From Terriglobia bacterium (GTDB lineage: Bacteria > Acidobacteriota > Terriglobia > 20CM-2-55-15): a stretch of DNA of 64,000 nt. The translations under genes were made by a program, and so were the position numbers. This document shows positions 39,805 to 52,984 of this stretch, one piece after another (the stretch's first letter is position 1; every line of letters begins with the position of its first letter). Location of the stretch: the NCBI GenBank assembly GCA_963664115.2, contig CAXWPJ010000012.1:1-64000 (forward strand), read 5' to 3'. The notes under the pieces were generated by a model. That model made no database searches and had not been told where the DNA came from. It saw nothing but the letters and a program-made list of their open reading frames with translations.

Positions 39805-42018
39805 CTAGAACCTGTGCGTGTAAACCAATTTCGTGGCGAGGCTGCGGTCGAGTGTTGTCAACCGGTCACCGGAATCCAACGAATTGTTCAGCCACACGAG
39901 GTATATGTCATTACCCGGCGTCAAAATCCATCGGAAGCGGAACTGCCAACCGAGAATGCGACTCACCGAATCGTACTGAATGTTGTTCGAGATCGACATG
40001 AAAGGGCTGAACTGTGCATTGATCACAGCACGGAGAGTCTTTGTGGAGAAACTTCCCTCGGTAAGCTCAACCCGGTTGAACGAGGCACTCAAAGCTGCAA
40101 ACAGTCCGGGCCGTGGTCTCAGGTTCAAATCGGCGGACAACTCGCGACGGTGCCCGGAATAAAAGGTACCGAACGTGGCGTTGGCTCCGCCTGAAATTTT
40201 TCTTCGAGCAGCCGTACTGACGCTGAACCTATAGCGCGAGTAATTGTGTTCAGATCCGGCGGGAAGGATAATTCCACCGCCAATTCGGAAATCTCGCTGC
40301 AACTGTTCATATGTTCGGGAGACGATAACACTTACCCTTTCACCCGAATGAAAGCTGACATCCGCTAATGAGAAATAGTAGCTGCGTTCGACCCATTTGC
40401 CTTCGGTATCGTCAGTAAAGAAGTCCGCACGCAGCAGGCCCATGGTAACCTGGCGAACCCAAGGGTTGTTGCTGGGACGGGGACGGAACTGAATGCGGGG
40501 GGTCAGTTTCCGGTAGTCGTTTCCGTCCAAAAAACCGACCGCCGGGTCGGCATTCCGCTGGATCACGCGATAAAAGGTATTGAAGATCCAACGATCGTTG
40601 GGATAATCCACGCGTACCCCGTAAGCCGCGTTGTCGCCATCGTTCACCCCATTCGGTGTCTTCATGTAGTAGCCGACGAATCGCAGGTTCTGAGATCCCT
40701 GGAACCGCGACGTGGCGATCTGAATGTCTGCGCCTATGGTGTGGCGATCCGGAAGATTCGACTCTCGCGTCGCGCGCCGCGTGTATATCAGGCCCGCGTA
40801 CGATTCGCTTAAGAAACGACGTTTCGATCGGAAAACAGTAAAGTCCTCACCCAACACCTCGCCTGCTCTGGCCGTACGGACCTGCAGGAAACCCAAATCA
40901 AAATTGTCGACGCTCCCGGTCAGCTTCCCACCGTAGTCGATTTTCTGGGGTTGTCCGCCTTCGGTGAGGCCGATGCGTCGTGAGAAGAACGCACTCAAGT
41001 TGCGCGACGGATCGCGCGAAAAATCGAAGTTGCCCGCACCTTCGAGAAAGAAATCGCGCTTCTCCGGAAAGAAGAGTCGAAAGCGAGTGAGGTTCACCTG
41101 GCGGTCGTCGACTTCGGTTTGCGCGAAATCCGTGTTGAGGGTGAAGTTCGCCTTGAGCTGCGGCGTCAGGTTGTAGAAGATGTCGAGACCGGCATCTCCC
41201 TGGGTGGTGGACCCAATATCGCGTCCCGGTGAATCGGTGTAGGTTCCGATCAGATAGGGTTTGATATCCAGACCGAGCCCCTGGGTCACGCCATTGATTC
41301 CTTCAATCCGGCCCGCTGCAGGCAGGCTTAAGAGACCCTGGTTGAGACCCCATCCACTCCATAAGCTCTCTTCGTTCTTGCGTCGCACCGTGCGTTGAAA
41401 GTTGGCGCCCCAGGCTTGGGCCTGAGGGTCGAAGTTCAACGTGCGGAAAGGAATCTCGATTTCAGCGGTCCAGCCTTGATCGTGACGCGTGACTTGAGCC
41501 ATCCAGATCCCATCCCATGCCCGATTCTCTGTCATGCCGAAACCGCCGCCGCCCTGGGCCGGTACCAGTTGCGCATCGCCCATGGCGCCTGCCGGATTGA
41601 TCTCGAAGAAATAGCCGCTGGTTTGATCGTAAAACGGGTCGAGCATCCACATGAAACGGTCGTCCGCGGACAGGGCTCCATCACGGACCATTTGATTGCC
41701 GAGCAGGCCGTTCGGATCGGAATCGTAGAGTTCGACTCCGATATACAGAATGTCGCTATTGAAGACGACCCGAATCTCCGTCCGCTCGGTGGCCGGCGTG
41801 CCGGTCTCAGGTTCGGATTGCCTGAAGTCGGTGGTGGGTTCCCCGCGTTGCCATGCGTCTTCGTCCAGGCTTCCGTCGATCGTGATCTCCTCGCCGACCT
41901 CCAGGCGAAGGGCGCGGAGCACCGGCGTATCCCCGATCACCGTCACTTGGGACGCGGCGCTGGCAGCTCCGGGAAACACGGACCCGGGGATCAAAAGAAA
42001 GGCGAGCCAGTGCTTCAT
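39805..42018 (-). CDS. CBM9-like/DUF5916 outer-membrane protein
   Basis: IDGSLDE.AW, NTDFAQTEVD...NLTRF.LFFPEKRDFFLEG, terminal F; start at MKHWLAFLL. Confidence 0.8.
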   Translation of the reverse strand: MKHWLAFLLIPGSVFPGAASAASQVTVIGDTPVLRALRLEVGEEITIDGSLDEDAWQRGEPTTDFRQSEPETGTPATERTEIRVVFNSDILYIGVELYDSDPNGLLGNQMVRDGALSADDRFMWMLDPFYDQTSGYFFEINPAGAMGDAQLVPAQGGGGFGMTENRAWDGIWMAQVTRHDQGWTAEIEIPFRTLNFDPQAQAWGANFQRTVRRKNEESLWSGWGLNQGLLSLPAAGRIEGINGVTQGLGLDIKPYLIGTYTDSPGRDIGSTTQGDAGLDIFYNLTPQLKANFTLNTDFAQTEVDDRQVNLTRFRLFFPEKRDFFLEGAGNFDFSRDPSRNLSAFFSRRIGLTEGGQPQKIDYGGKLTGSVDNFDLGFLQVRTARAGEVLGEDFTVFRSKRRFLSESYAGLIYTRRATRESNLPDRHTIGADIQIATSRFQGSQNLRFVGYYMKTPNGVNDGDNAAYGVRVDYPNDRWIFNTFYRVIQRNADPAVGFLDGNDYRKLTPRIQFRPRPSNNPWVRQVTMGLLRADFFTDDTEGKWVERSYYFSLADVSFHSGERVSVIVSRTYEQLQRDFRIGGGIILPAGSEHNYSRYRFSVSTAARRKISGGANATFGTFYSGHRRELSADLNLRPRPGLFAALSASFNRVELTEGSFSTKTLRAVINAQFSPFMSISNNIQYDSVSRILGWQFRFRWILTPGNDIYLVWLNNSLDSGDRLTTLDRSLATKLVYTHRF

Positions 42019-42106
42019 CGTGGAGCAAGATAACATGTCTCTCCACGACCCGAAATTGAACGAGTTATGCTTGCGGGCATGGCGGCGTTGGCATGCGAGC
42101 CTCAAT

Positions 42107-42874
42107 CTAAACAAAAGCCGGAGAGATATCGGCGTCGTCTTTCTGGAGTTTCGAATCAAAAAGCGAATATGGATTGACGTTGGCCAGAGCTGCTGTAACC
42201 GATTCAGGCACATCGACGTAGTCTTCGCTCATCTGTTTCAAGAAGGCACGAATGTCCTTGCGGGGCCCCTCCTTTTCAGCGCAGACACACCCGATTTCCA
42301 CCAGATCGTCCTGCTCCACATATCTGCACGTGAGTTCCTCGGAAACGAACACCAGGGGCCGGATCACGCGCATGGAACCTTTCCGCGATTCGGCTACCGG
42401 TGGCAGGGCGGCGATCCGGCCGTTGAATAAAATATTCCTGATCAAAGCCTCGGCGCAATCGTCGGCCGTATGACCCAAGGCCAACGCGGTGCAGCCCAGT
42501 TCTGATGCGACCTGATACAGCGCACTTCTCCTGTTCCGGCTGCACACATCGCAGCCATGTGCAACACCGTTGCCGACCAGAGCGAGAGTTCTCGGTTCGT
42601 CCCGGAGAATCCAGGCTATCCCCAGTCGTTCAAATCGCTCTTTGAGTCCTCCGACAGGTTCGGTGAATTTCCCCTGCTCCAGCGTTACCGCCACAATCTC
42701 AAAGGAAAACGGCGCAGGCCCACGGTAGGCCGCAAGTGCGTGCACGAGACAGAGGCTGTCTTTACCCCCGGAGACACCCACCGCAACTCTGTCGCCACTG
42801 CGAAGCATAGAGAACGTGCCCATGGCACGGCCGATCCGATCAAGGACCTTTCTTTGGATCTCTGTATCGTTCAT
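42107..42874 (-). CDS. ttcA: tRNA 2-thiocytidine biosynthesis protein (PP-loop)
   Basis: SGGKDS, CDVCSR.RR, LGHTADD, VIRPL. Confidence 0.8.
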   Translation of the reverse strand: MNDTEIQRKVLDRIGRAMGTFSMLRSGDRVAVGVSGGKDSLCLVHALAAYRGPAPFSFEIVAVTLEQGKFTEPVGGLKERFERLGIAWILRDEPRTLALVGNGVAHGCDVCSRNRRSALYQVASELGCTALALGHTADDCAEALIRNILFNGRIAALPPVAESRKGSMRVIRPLVFVSEELTCRYVEQDDLVEIGCVCAEKEGPRKDIRAFLKQMSEDYVDVPESVTAALANVNPYSLFDSKLQKDDADISPAFV

Positions 42875-42886
42875 GATTGTTCCTGT

Positions 42887-44185
42887 CTATTTCGGCTTGC
42901 TGCGGTCCTTTTTCAGTCCCGTGACGCGGGCAGCTATCTCACCCTCCCGCACCACGACATCGATGTCCGCTCCCAATGCGACATCCCGGGTAGACCGGAC
43001 AACGGCTCCGTCGGTGGTTTTGCAGACCGCATATCCGCGTTCCAGGACAGCCAGCGGACTCAAAGCTTCCAGAGTCTCCGTCAGCGCTCGAAATCGTTCC
43101 TTCGAACCCTGCACCTTCATCCGGATTGCGGTCGAAACAGAAAGCTGCGCCCGCTCCAGACCGTTGGCACGCGATGAAAAAAAGCGGCTTGACCGTGCAA
43201 ACCGTTCCAGGCGGAACACGCCCTCGTCCACGCGCTGCGACAACTGGCGCACCCGGTGTTCGGCCACGACAAATCCACGCCCACCGGCACGCTCTGCTAG
43301 AAAACGATGGAACTGCGACAATCGGTATTGGAGGGCGGCGGTGATCCGGCTCTCGGCGGTCTCCAGCCTCTCAAGCACTTCCCTTTTCGACTGAACCACC
43401 ATCTCCGCAGCGGCGCTCGGTGTGGGTGCACGTTGATCGGCAACAAAATCACTGATCGTAAAGTCAATTTCGTGGCCCACTGCCGAGATGACCGGCTTCT
43501 CGCATCTGAAAATGGAGCGCGCCACACTTTCGTCGTTGAACGGCCACAGGTCTTCGATCGAGCCGCCACCACGTGTCACGATGACGACGTCCACGTCGGA
43601 AGCGCTGAGATAATCAATCGCTTCAACAATCTGGGGCGCGGCTTTATCGCCCTGAACGTCGGTCGGGTAGATCAAGATGTCAATCGCGTCGTGCCGTCTC
43701 TCTAAAACGGACAGGATATCCCGAAGTGCCGCACTTGTCGCGGATGTCACCACCCCGATACTGGACGGATGTCGCGGTAAGGCGCGCTTACGGTCCGTAT
43801 CGAAAAGTCCTTCCCGGTTTAACTTTTCTTTCAGACGATCAAAGGCTTCCTGGAGGGCACCCCGTCCGACGGACTCCAGAACCTCCACAATGATCTGATA
43901 TTCTCCGCGCGCCTCGTAGGTACTCAAGCGGCCACGGACACGGAACGACTCACCATTTTGGGGCTTGAATCGCAAATACATGGCCGCGTTGCGGAAACAC
44001 ACTGCCGGAATTTGCGAACTCTGATCTTTGAGGGTGAAGTAAATATGGCCTGCGGCCGAACGGCGGAGGTTGGACACCTCGCCTTCGATCCAGACGTCGG
44101 TGAACTCGCGCTCAACCAGGTCTTTGATGCGGCGACTGACTTCGCTGACCGTGTATATCTTCCGCTGCCCCGGACGGGTCTCCAT
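42887..44185 (-). CDS. xseA: Exodeoxyribonuclease VII large subunit
   Basis: GEVSN, GHIYFTLKD, RGGGSIEDLW, GHEID. Confidence 0.95.
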   Translation of the reverse strand: METRPGQRKIYTVSEVSRRIKDLVEREFTDVWIEGEVSNLRRSAAGHIYFTLKDQSSQIPAVCFRNAAMYLRFKPQNGESFRVRGRLSTYEARGEYQIIVEVLESVGRGALQEAFDRLKEKLNREGLFDTDRKRALPRHPSSIGVVTSATSAALRDILSVLERRHDAIDILIYPTDVQGDKAAPQIVEAIDYLSASDVDVVIVTRGGGSIEDLWPFNDESVARSIFRCEKPVISAVGHEIDFTISDFVADQRAPTPSAAAEMVVQSKREVLERLETAESRITAALQYRLSQFHRFLAERAGGRGFVVAEHRVRQLSQRVDEGVFRLERFARSSRFFSSRANGLERAQLSVSTAIRMKVQGSKERFRALTETLEALSPLAVLERGYAVCKTTDGAVVRSTRDVALGADIDVVVREGEIAARVTGLKKDRSKPK

Positions 44186-44211
44186 AGGGGTTCCCTTTGG
44201 ATTCGAAGCCC

Positions 44212-45264
44212 TCAGGCGACGGTAATATCTTCCGCCAGGTAGACATCCTGAATTGCGTTCAATAACTGAATGCCTTCGGCCATGGGGCGCTGGAAGGCTT
44301 TCCGCCCGGAGATCAAGCCCATGCCCCCGGCCCTCTTGTTAATGACAGCCGTCGTCACAGCTTCCTTGAGATCACTTTCACCGCTGGAAGCGCCTCCGGA
44401 GTTGATCAGCCCCGAGCGTCCCATGTAGCAATTCGCAACCTGATAGCGCGTGAGATCGATGGGATGATCCGATGTCAGATCGGAATACACCTTCTTATGA
44501 GTCTTACCGAAATTCAGCGCCGTGTAACCTCCGTTGCTCTCCGGAAGCTTCTGCTTGATGATGTCGGCTTCAATCGTCACACCGAGATGGTTCGCCTGGC
44601 CGGTCAGATCCGCCGCAGAGTGATAGTCCATGTCCTTCGTCTTGAACTCCGCATTTCTCAGGTAGCACCAGAGTATCGTGCACATCCCCAACTCGTGCGC
44701 GTACTGAAACATCTCGGTGACCTCCTGCAGTTGCCTTGCTGATTCGTCGGACCCGAAATATATGGTCGCACCCACACCCACAGCACCCATATCAAATGCC
44801 TGGTCGATACTCGCAAACTGGATCTGATCGAAGTTATTGGGATAGGTCAGAAACTCGTTGTGGTTGAACTTCATGATGAACGGGATTCTATGGGCGTATT
44901 TCCGCGCGACAGCACCTAGAACTCCCAGCGTTGATGCAACCGCATTGCAACCACCCTCCATCGCGAGCTCAACGATATTAGCGGGATCGAAATACATAGG
45001 ATTCGGAGCAAAAGACGCACCCGCTGAATGCTCGATACCCTGATCAACCGGCAAAATGGACACATAGCCTGTTTGGGCCAGTCGCCCCGAACCAGTCAGC
45101 GTTGCAATACTCCGTAAAACACGAGCAGGCCGATCAGAAAGTGCGAACACTCGATCCACAAAATCCGGCCCGGGCAAATGCAGAGATTCTTTAGGGATGG
45201 TCTTGCATTCGTGTTCGAGCAGCGCTTTCGCGTCACCACCAAGTATTTCTTGAATCTTGCCCAT
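44212..45264 (-). CDS. fbaB: Class I fructose-bisphosphate aldolase
   Basis: [35 protein letters not shown]. Confidence 0.93.
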   Translation of the reverse strand: MGKIQEILGGDAKALLEHECKTIPKESLHLPGPDFVDRVFALSDRPARVLRSIATLTGSGRLAQTGYVSILPVDQGIEHSAGASFAPNPMYFDPANIVELAMEGGCNAVASTLGVLGAVARKYAHRIPFIMKFNHNEFLTYPNNFDQIQFASIDQAFDMGAVGVGATIYFGSDESARQLQEVTEMFQYAHELGMCTILWCYLRNAEFKTKDMDYHSAADLTGQANHLGVTIEADIIKQKLPESNGGYTALNFGKTHKKVYSDLTSDHPIDLTRYQVANCYMGRSGLINSGGASSGESDLKEAVTTAVINKRAGGMGLISGRKAFQRPMAEGIQLLNAIQDVYLAEDITVA

Positions 45265-45335
45265 GATGTAGTCCTCTGTGCTTAAAAAAGTCTGTCGTAG
45301 TGCAGGGATGCTCAGAATTATAGCGAAGTTTCTCT

Positions 45336-45554
45336 CTAACGCCGATTGATTGCCATCAAGATCAAACTGATGATGACACTCAGAAGAATCGATGTACCCA
45401 AAGGAAAGTAGAACGAAAAGTTATCCCGCTGAAAGCGAAAGTCCAGGGGCAGACGGCCGAAGCGAAACGGCAATCGCTCGCTATAGGTGAGCGCGAGGCC
45501 GAACACAACCATGATCGCGCCAAATATGACAAGTGCCCGCCCCAGTTGCGTCAT
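45336..45554 (-). CDS. DUF2905-like small membrane protein
   Basis: GRLP.D...[12 protein letters not shown]. Confidence 0.75.
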   Translation of the reverse strand: MTQLGRALVIFGAIMVVFGLALTYSERLPFRFGRLPLDFRFQRDNFSFYFPLGTSILLSVIISLILMAINRR

Positions 45555-45608
45555 ATGCGAGCATCCTCGGGCCGTGACCGGCCCTACTGCAGGCCCAGTG
45601 CGTTACGT

Positions 45609-46022
45609 TCAGGCAAGCTCCAGACGCCCGAAGAAATAAGAAATCTCAAAGTTGGCCGTTTCCGGCGCATCCGAACCATGAATCGAATTGCGTTCGATAT
45701 TGGTCGCGAATTTCTTTCGGATCGTTCCCTCGTCTGCTTTTGCTGGGTCGGTCGCGCCCATCAACTTGCGCAATCGCGTGATCGCGTCCTCGGCTTCCAG
45801 AACCATTACGACCACCGCACCTTCCGTCATGAACTCGACCAGGCTTGAGAAAAACGGACGTTCGCGATGGACGGCGTAGAACCCTTCCGCTTCTTCTTTT
45901 GAAAGGTGGACCATCTTGACAGCCCGGACCTTAAGTCCTGCGTCTTCGATCATGGCGATCACGGCACCCGAGCGACCGGCACTCACCGTGTCCGGCTTAA
46001 GAATGGTCAGGGTCTCTTCCAT
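45609..46022 (-). CDS. ndk: Nucleoside diphosphate kinase
   Basis: ILKPD, FYAVH.ERPFF, NSIHGSD. Confidence 0.96.
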   Translation of the reverse strand: MEETLTILKPDTVSAGRSGAVIAMIEDAGLKVRAVKMVHLSKEEAEGFYAVHRERPFFSSLVEFMTEGAVVVMVLEAEDAITRLRKLMGATDPAKADEGTIRKKFATNIERNSIHGSDAPETANFEISYFFGRLELA

Positions 46023-46023
46023 G

Positions 46024-46896
46024 CTAGGAAATTACCTCTTCGATCGCGGCGCCCATGTCGGCGGGACTTCGGACAACATGGATACCGGCCGCTTCCATTG
46101 CTTTCATCTTTTCCTCGGCCGTCCCCTTCCCGCCAGCGATGATTGCTCCGGCGTGTCCCATCCTCCGTCCGGGCGGCGCCGTCTGGCCGCAAATGAATCC
46201 CACAACCGGCTTCTTGACGTTCTCCTTTACGAACGCGGCAGCATCCTCTTCCGCGTTGCCTCCAATTTCGCCAATCATGACGATGGCTGTGGTTTCAGGA
46301 TCTTCGTTGAACAACCCGATCGCATCAATGAAGTCAGTACCGATGATAGGATCTCCGCCGATACCAATACATGTGGATTGGCCAATGCCCCGGACCGTCA
46401 ACTGACCCACCGCTTCGTAGGTGAGCGTCCCGCTGCGCGAGACCACACCGACGTGGCCCTCGAGGTGAATGTGCCCTGGCATGATCCCGATCTTGCACTT
46501 ATCCGGAGAGATGATGCCCGGGCAATTCGGTCCGATCAGACGGGTGGACTCTCTGCCCTCCAGAAATTTCATCGTCCGTATCATGTCGAATGTCGGCACA
46601 CCTTCGGTTATGCAGACGACGAGTTCGATTCCAGCATCCGCGGACTCCATGATGGCGTCTGCCGCAAACGGAGGTGGAACGAAAATCACGGAAGCGTTCG
46701 CGCCCGTCTTCCGGCGTGCCTCGTCCACACTGTTGAAAACGTCGATGCCCTCATGCTTCGTTCCCCCCTTTCCCGGAGTCACGCCGCCTACGACATTGGT
46801 TCCGTACTGAACCGCTTGAGACGTATGAAAGCTTCCCTCTCGACCCGTTATGCCTTGAACGATCAACCGTGTCGATTTGTCGACCAGAATACTCAC
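46024..46896 (-). CDS. sucD: Succinyl-CoA synthetase alpha subunit
   Basis: [21 protein letters not shown]. Confidence 0.96.
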   Translation of the reverse strand: MSILVDKSTRLIVQGITGREGSFHTSQAVQYGTNVVGGVTPGKGGTKHEGIDVFNSVDEARRKTGANASVIFVPPPFAADAIMESADAGIELVVCITEGVPTFDMIRTMKFLEGRESTRLIGPNCPGIISPDKCKIGIMPGHIHLEGHVGVVSRSGTLTYEAVGQLTVRGIGQSTCIGIGGDPIIGTDFIDAIGLFNEDPETTAIVMIGEIGGNAEEDAAAFVKENVKKPVVGFICGQTAPPGRRMGHAGAIIAGGKGTAEEKMKAMEAAGIHVVRSPADMGAAIEEVIS

Positions 46897-46913
46897 TGAA
46901 TCTTCACCCTTAA

Positions 46914-48071
46914 TTATTTTGCGGCTGCAACAACCTGTTCAGCTGCATCTTTCATGTCCTTAGCCACAAGGAAATTCAGACCCGAGTTCCGCAGAATTTC
47001 CTGCCCCTTTTCAACGTTCGTCCCTTCAAGGCGAACAACAACGGGAACTTTTATGCCCATCTTCTTAGCCGCCTCGACAACGCCCGCCGCCACAATATCG
47101 CAGCGCATGATGCCTCCGAAAATATTAATCAGTACAGCCCTGACGTTTGGGTCGGACAGGAGGATGTTGAACGCGTTCTCCACTTGTTCGGCTGAAGCGC
47201 CCCCGCCGACATCCAGGAAGTTCGCCGGGTTCCCCCCGGCGAGTTTGATAATATCCATCGTCGCCATGGCCAACCCGGCACCGTTGACCATGCAGGCAAC
47301 GTTTCCGTCGAGCTTGATGTAGTTGAGACCGTACTTACTGGCTTCGATCTCCGAGGGATCCTCTTCGTTCAGGTCCCGGAGTTCAGCGATATCCCCATGT
47401 CGGTGTAAAGCGTTGTCATCAAAGGTCATCTTGGCATCCAGCGCATAGACCTGGTCATCGCCGGTCACGAGAAAGGGGTTGATCTCCGCCAGCGAGGCAT
47501 CCGTGTCTTCGAAGGCGCGGTAGAGCGCCATCATGAACTTCGATGCGTCGCGCACGAGCTTGGGATCCAGGCCCAATCCGAAGGCCACTTTGCGTGCCTG
47601 GAAGGCCTGGAGACCGAGGCCCGGCTGTATCCATTCCTTCAGGATACGTTCGGGAGTCTTGGCGGCCACCTCTTCGATATCCATCCCGCCTTCGGTGGAC
47701 GCCATCAACACGGGCAAGCCGGCCTGGCGGTCGATCACGATGCCAATGTAAAGCTCCTTCCGGATGTCGAGACCTTCCTCGACGAGGACTGTCTCGACTT
47801 TACTCCCTTCCGGACCCGTCTGATGGGTGACCAACTGCATCCCGATGATTTCGCGCGCCAGTTGTTCGGCTTCCTCGGGGCTGCGCGCCAGCTTTACGCC
47901 ACCCCCCTTGCCGCGGCCACCGGCATGAATCTGCGCTTTCACGACAACCGTTCCTCCCAAGCGTTCGGCTATCGCCCGCACTTCGGTCGGGTCGCTGGTG
48001 ACTTCTCCGCGGGGGATCCGGACCTTGTAGCGATCCAGGATCGCTTTCGCCTGATGTTCATGAATCTTCAT
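46914..48071 (-). CDS. sucC: Succinyl-CoA synthetase beta subunit
   Basis: [30 protein letters not shown]. Confidence 0.96.
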   Translation of the reverse strand: MKIHEHQAKAILDRYKVRIPRGEVTSDPTEVRAIAERLGGTVVVKAQIHAGGRGKGGGVKLARSPEEAEQLAREIIGMQLVTHQTGPEGSKVETVLVEEGLDIRKELYIGIVIDRQAGLPVLMASTEGGMDIEEVAAKTPERILKEWIQPGLGLQAFQARKVAFGLGLDPKLVRDASKFMMALYRAFEDTDASLAEINPFLVTGDDQVYALDAKMTFDDNALHRHGDIAELRDLNEEDPSEIEASKYGLNYIKLDGNVACMVNGAGLAMATMDIIKLAGGNPANFLDVGGGASAEQVENAFNILLSDPNVRAVLINIFGGIMRCDIVAAGVVEAAKKMGIKVPVVVRLEGTNVEKGQEILRNSGLNFLVAKDMKDAAEQVVAAAK

Positions 48072-48166
48072 CGATCGTCTACCTCAGTAATAGTCGCGGT
48101 CACAGATCAAACTCGTAACTTTACGGAACTGGCATGGTCCGTGTCAACGGAGGGGAAAAGGGTGGA

Positions 48167-48240
48167 GGAAGGGGACGGACACTTCATGCAACATTGGTAG
48201 CCTGACGATTGTATTTCGGCTGAAGTGTCCGTCCCCTTCC
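48167..48240. repeat. REP-like hairpin element, copy 1
   Basis: GGAAGGGGACGGACACTTCA...TGAAGTGTCCGTCCCCTTCC. Confidence 0.75.
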
Positions 48241-48257
48241 TTCCCCGCCCCCTTCCA

Positions 48258-49667
<1,410 letters not shown>

Positions 49668-49863
49668 GAGCTGACTCCTTTGAAATAATCGAAGGCCGGA
49701 CGGCACTCGGGGACCGCCCCACCATTATCCAGCATTTTAGCAACCATGTCCGTTTCCCGGACCCGCCCGATACTACGGCGGGCAGCAACGGTCCCCGAAA
49801 GGGCCCACGCGCCTATGCTACAATTCAGCCGCTCTATTTCGGGCGATTCAGAGAGCTTAAGGG

Positions 49864-51186
49864 GTGGAAGTGATTGAAAAAGATGTCTCTATCGAGCCTG
49901 CCGAAGGAAAACTTGGCGTCCTCATACCCGGTCTCGGTGCGGTCAGCACTACCTTCATTGCCGGCGTCGAAGCCATTAAGAAACAGATCGCTCAACCTAT
50001 TGGATCTCTGACACAACTCGGCACCGTCCGCTTGGGAAAACGGACCGATGACACGGTGCCGCTCATCCGGGACTTCGTGCCCTTGGCCGGGTTGGAAGAC
50101 CTGGTCTTCGGGGGTTGGGACATTTACGAAGACAATTGCTTTGATGCCGCGTCGAAAGCGGGAGTTCTGGAGCCACAACTCTTAGACCAGGTGCGGCCCG
50201 GGATCGAGCGCATCGTTCCCTGGAAGGCCGTGTTCAGCCGCGACTACGTCAAGAAGCTCGATGGCAAGAACGTCAAGACCGGTAAAAGCAAGATGGATCT
50301 TGCCGAACAGGTTATGGCCGACATCGACGGCTTCAGCGAGGCCAACAACCTGAAGCGGATGGTCATGATCTGGTGTGGTAGCACCGAAGTGTACATGCAG
50401 CCCGGACCCGCGCATCAGACCATCGAATCCTTCGAAACAGCCCTCCGGAATAGTGATCCGGCCATCGCGCCCAGCATGGTTTATGCCTACGCCGCACTGT
50501 CTCGCGGCATCCCGTTTGCCAACGGAGCTCCAAACCTGACCCTCGACGTACCGGCTCTCGTTCAATTGGCTCACGACAAAGGCGCCCCAATCTGTGGTAA
50601 GGACTTCAAGACCGGACAGACGCTGCTGAAAACGATTATTGCGCCCGGCTTGAAGTCGCGCATGATCGGGCTGAACGGATGGTTTTCGACGAATATCCTG
50701 GGAAATCGGGATGGCGAGGTTCTCGACGATCCGGAGTCTTTCAAGACGAAAGAGGAAAGCAAACTGTCGGTGCTGGATCAGATATTACAACCGGACTTAT
50801 ATCCCGAACTCTACGGAAACTTCACTCACAAGGTCCGCATCAATTATTATCCGCCACGCGGAGATAATAAAGAAGGCTGGGATAACATCGACATATTTGG
50901 CTGGCTGGGACGTCCCATGCAGATCAAGATCAATTTTCTGTGCCGCGACAGTATCCTGGCCGCGCCCATCGTGCTGGACCTCGTACTTTTTCTCGACCTG
51001 GCCAAGCGATGCGGAATGCGCGGGATACAGGAGTGGTTGAGTTTTTACTTCAAGAGCCCGATGTCTGCGCCGGGCCTGTACCCGGAACACGACCTCTTCA
51101 TCCAATCGATGAAGCTGAAAAACACGCTCCGTTATTTGCGTGGAGAGGAGTTAATCACGCATCTCGGCATGGAGTACTACGACTGA
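49864..51186 (+). CDS. ino1: Myo-inositol-1-phosphate synthase
   Basis: GLGAV, GKDFKTGQT, NILGNRDG, DSILAAP, SFYFKSP. Confidence 0.92.
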   Translation: MEVIEKDVSIEPAEGKLGVLIPGLGAVSTTFIAGVEAIKKQIAQPIGSLTQLGTVRLGKRTDDTVPLIRDFVPLAGLEDLVFGGWDIYEDNCFDAASKAGVLEPQLLDQVRPGIERIVPWKAVFSRDYVKKLDGKNVKTGKSKMDLAEQVMADIDGFSEANNLKRMVMIWCGSTEVYMQPGPAHQTIESFETALRNSDPAIAPSMVYAYAALSRGIPFANGAPNLTLDVPALVQLAHDKGAPICGKDFKTGQTLLKTIIAPGLKSRMIGLNGWFSTNILGNRDGEVLDDPESFKTKEESKLSVLDQILQPDLYPELYGNFTHKVRINYYPPRGDNKEGWDNIDIFGWLGRPMQIKINFLCRDSILAAPIVLDLVLFLDLAKRCGMRGIQEWLSFYFKSPMSAPGLYPEHDLFIQSMKLKNTLRYLRGEELITHLGMEYYD

Positions 51187-51285
51187 GAAGGGCGGAACTA
51201 AATTATTTGCTCGCCCAAAACGCACACAACCGTCCATAATTGAGCAAGGTAGGTCGATCGAAGATTTCCCAGGACGAAACTTGAG

Positions 51286-52314
51286 ATGAAATCGAAAGTA
51301 TTGCTGCTGACAGCCCTCGCCTTTCTGTTCGTTTCCCCCAACCCGGCAAGCGCTCAGGAGTTTCAAACCAAAGCTGAGTATGATGCCTATATGGCGCTCT
51401 ACAATGAAACAGCCACCGGCACCAAAGTCGATCTTGGAGAGACTTTTGTTGCCGAGTACCCGGAGTCGGAGGCCGCTCCAATCGCCTACCAGATTCTGGT
51501 TGCGACACACTTCAGCGAAAGGAATTGGCGCGGCGTTGTCGATGTGACCGAGCGTTTCGAGAGAGCCTTCCCCGGTAGCGACGCAGGGACCCAGTCGTTT
51601 ATTTACCGGCGCGCAATGGCCTCCGCTCAGCAAACGAGCGATTCGGAGAAAATCATCCAGTACGGGGAACACATCCTGGACCTGGACCGCACCGACCTTG
51701 GCGCGCTCTTGACTCTGCCTCCGGTCATACTGGACAGCCTTCCCGCTTTTGGCGGCGGCCGTGAGAGGGGTCTGGCACGATCGTTCGAGCTGGCCAACCG
51801 TGCACGTTTGGGTGCCCAGACGACCTATCCGCGCCCGAGCAACGACCCACAAGCGAACACGCAAAGAGTGCAGGTTTTCTCAAGCATCCACATGTCTCTG
51901 GGGACAGTCCATTTCTTGCGGGAAGACTATGACCGCGCGGTTCAGGAATACGAGACGGTCCTCAGTTTTGACCGTCAGCATCCGCTGGCCTACCTGCAGA
52001 TTGGATTGGCGCGTCAGTACCAGGCGGCTCGCAGTTCCCGCCTCCTGCAGGAAGCTGCGGGAGACACCCTGACCGAAGCTGACGCCTTACCACCGGAGGT
52101 TGCGGCATTGGAACAGGCCGTCATTGCCAGCACTGATCTCGCGATGGACTCACTGGCAAAGGCCGTTTCCCTGGGAGGTCAAGCCGCCAATCAGGCCCGG
52201 ATCGAACTCGAACGGCTCTACCGAAACAAGAACGAAGACTCGCTGGAAGGTCTGGACGAGTTTATCGAGACAAAACAGGCCGAACTCTCAGAGGGAGAAA
52301 CCGAAGAACGATAG
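51286..52314 (+). CDS. Secreted TPR-like protein
   Basis: Signal peptide; helical repeats (LG.VHF...DYDRAVQEY). Confidence 0.7.
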   Translation: MKSKVLLLTALAFLFVSPNPASAQEFQTKAEYDAYMALYNETATGTKVDLGETFVAEYPESEAAPIAYQILVATHFSERNWRGVVDVTERFERAFPGSDAGTQSFIYRRAMASAQQTSDSEKIIQYGEHILDLDRTDLGALLTLPPVILDSLPAFGGGRERGLARSFELANRARLGAQTTYPRPSNDPQANTQRVQVFSSIHMSLGTVHFLREDYDRAVQEYETVLSFDRQHPLAYLQIGLARQYQAARSSRLLQEAAGDTLTEADALPPEVAALEQAVIASTDLAMDSLAKAVSLGGQAANQARIELERLYRNKNEDSLEGLDEFIETKQAELSEGETEER

Positions 52315-52339
52315 GTACGATCATCGCTCAATCGTTACA

Positions 52340-52369
52340 GGCGGCCTTCCCCGGGGAGGGCCGCTTTTT
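52340..52369 (+). terminator. Intrinsic terminator
   Basis: GCGGCCTTCC-CCGG-GGAGGGCCGC-TTTTT. Confidence 0.7.
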
Positions 52370-52384
52370 AGTTGGAACTTTGGG

Positions 52385-52451
52385 AGGGGACGGACACTTC
52401 ATGCGATGTGGCGTCCTGGCTAGTGTATTTCGGCTGAAGTGTCCGTCCCCT
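52385..52451. repeat. REP-like hairpin element, copy 2
   Basis: Same 16-bp IR and a related loop as 48167-48240. Confidence 0.75.
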
Positions 52452-52459
52452 TCAGGATA

Positions 52460-52984
52460 TTAGGGAGCAGGATTTGTTTCGTGGCAAGTCAGACAGGTGA
52501 CGGTCCCCCTCAGCTTGGCGCTCGCTCCATAGTCGTCACTGTTCAGCCGCCCGACCCATTTACGCATCAGGTCGGCCATGAATTCAGGATTGTTTTCAAA
52601 GGTGGCAACCAAGGGGAGACGCTGCTTCGGGATATTCGCGAAGTTGACCTGTCCGGAAACGTGACAATCGGTACACCAAACGCGGCCATCGACAGGATCG
52701 ATCAATGGAGAGCTCCAGTCCGGATTCGGATTCCGATTCGCGGGAACGCTATAGAGAGCTTCGACCCAGGTATGCATGAAAAACGCTTTGACGAAAGGCG
52801 GCGCATCGGCCTCTTCACCATCTTCACCCCCAGTGAAAAACTCGGGCATGGCTAAGGGACTGGCCAGGGGTGCTTCCCGTAGAGGCATATCTTCCAGACG
52901 CGACCCATTACTGATGCGCTCAATGTTCTGGTTGCAGGCCGCGACAAGCAGAACGAAGACAGCAGAAAGAACCCTCAGTTTCAT
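52460..52984 (-). CDS. Diheme c-type cytochrome, probable lipoprotein
   Basis: LVAAC lipobox; CTDCH and CLTCH. Confidence 0.75.
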   Translation of the reverse strand: MKLRVLSAVFVLLVAACNQNIERISNGSRLEDMPLREAPLASPLAMPEFFTGGEDGEEADAPPFVKAFFMHTWVEALYSVPANRNPNPDWSSPLIDPVDGRVWCTDCHVSGQVNFANIPKQRLPLVATFENNPEFMADLMRKWVGRLNSDDYGASAKLRGTVTCLTCHETNPAP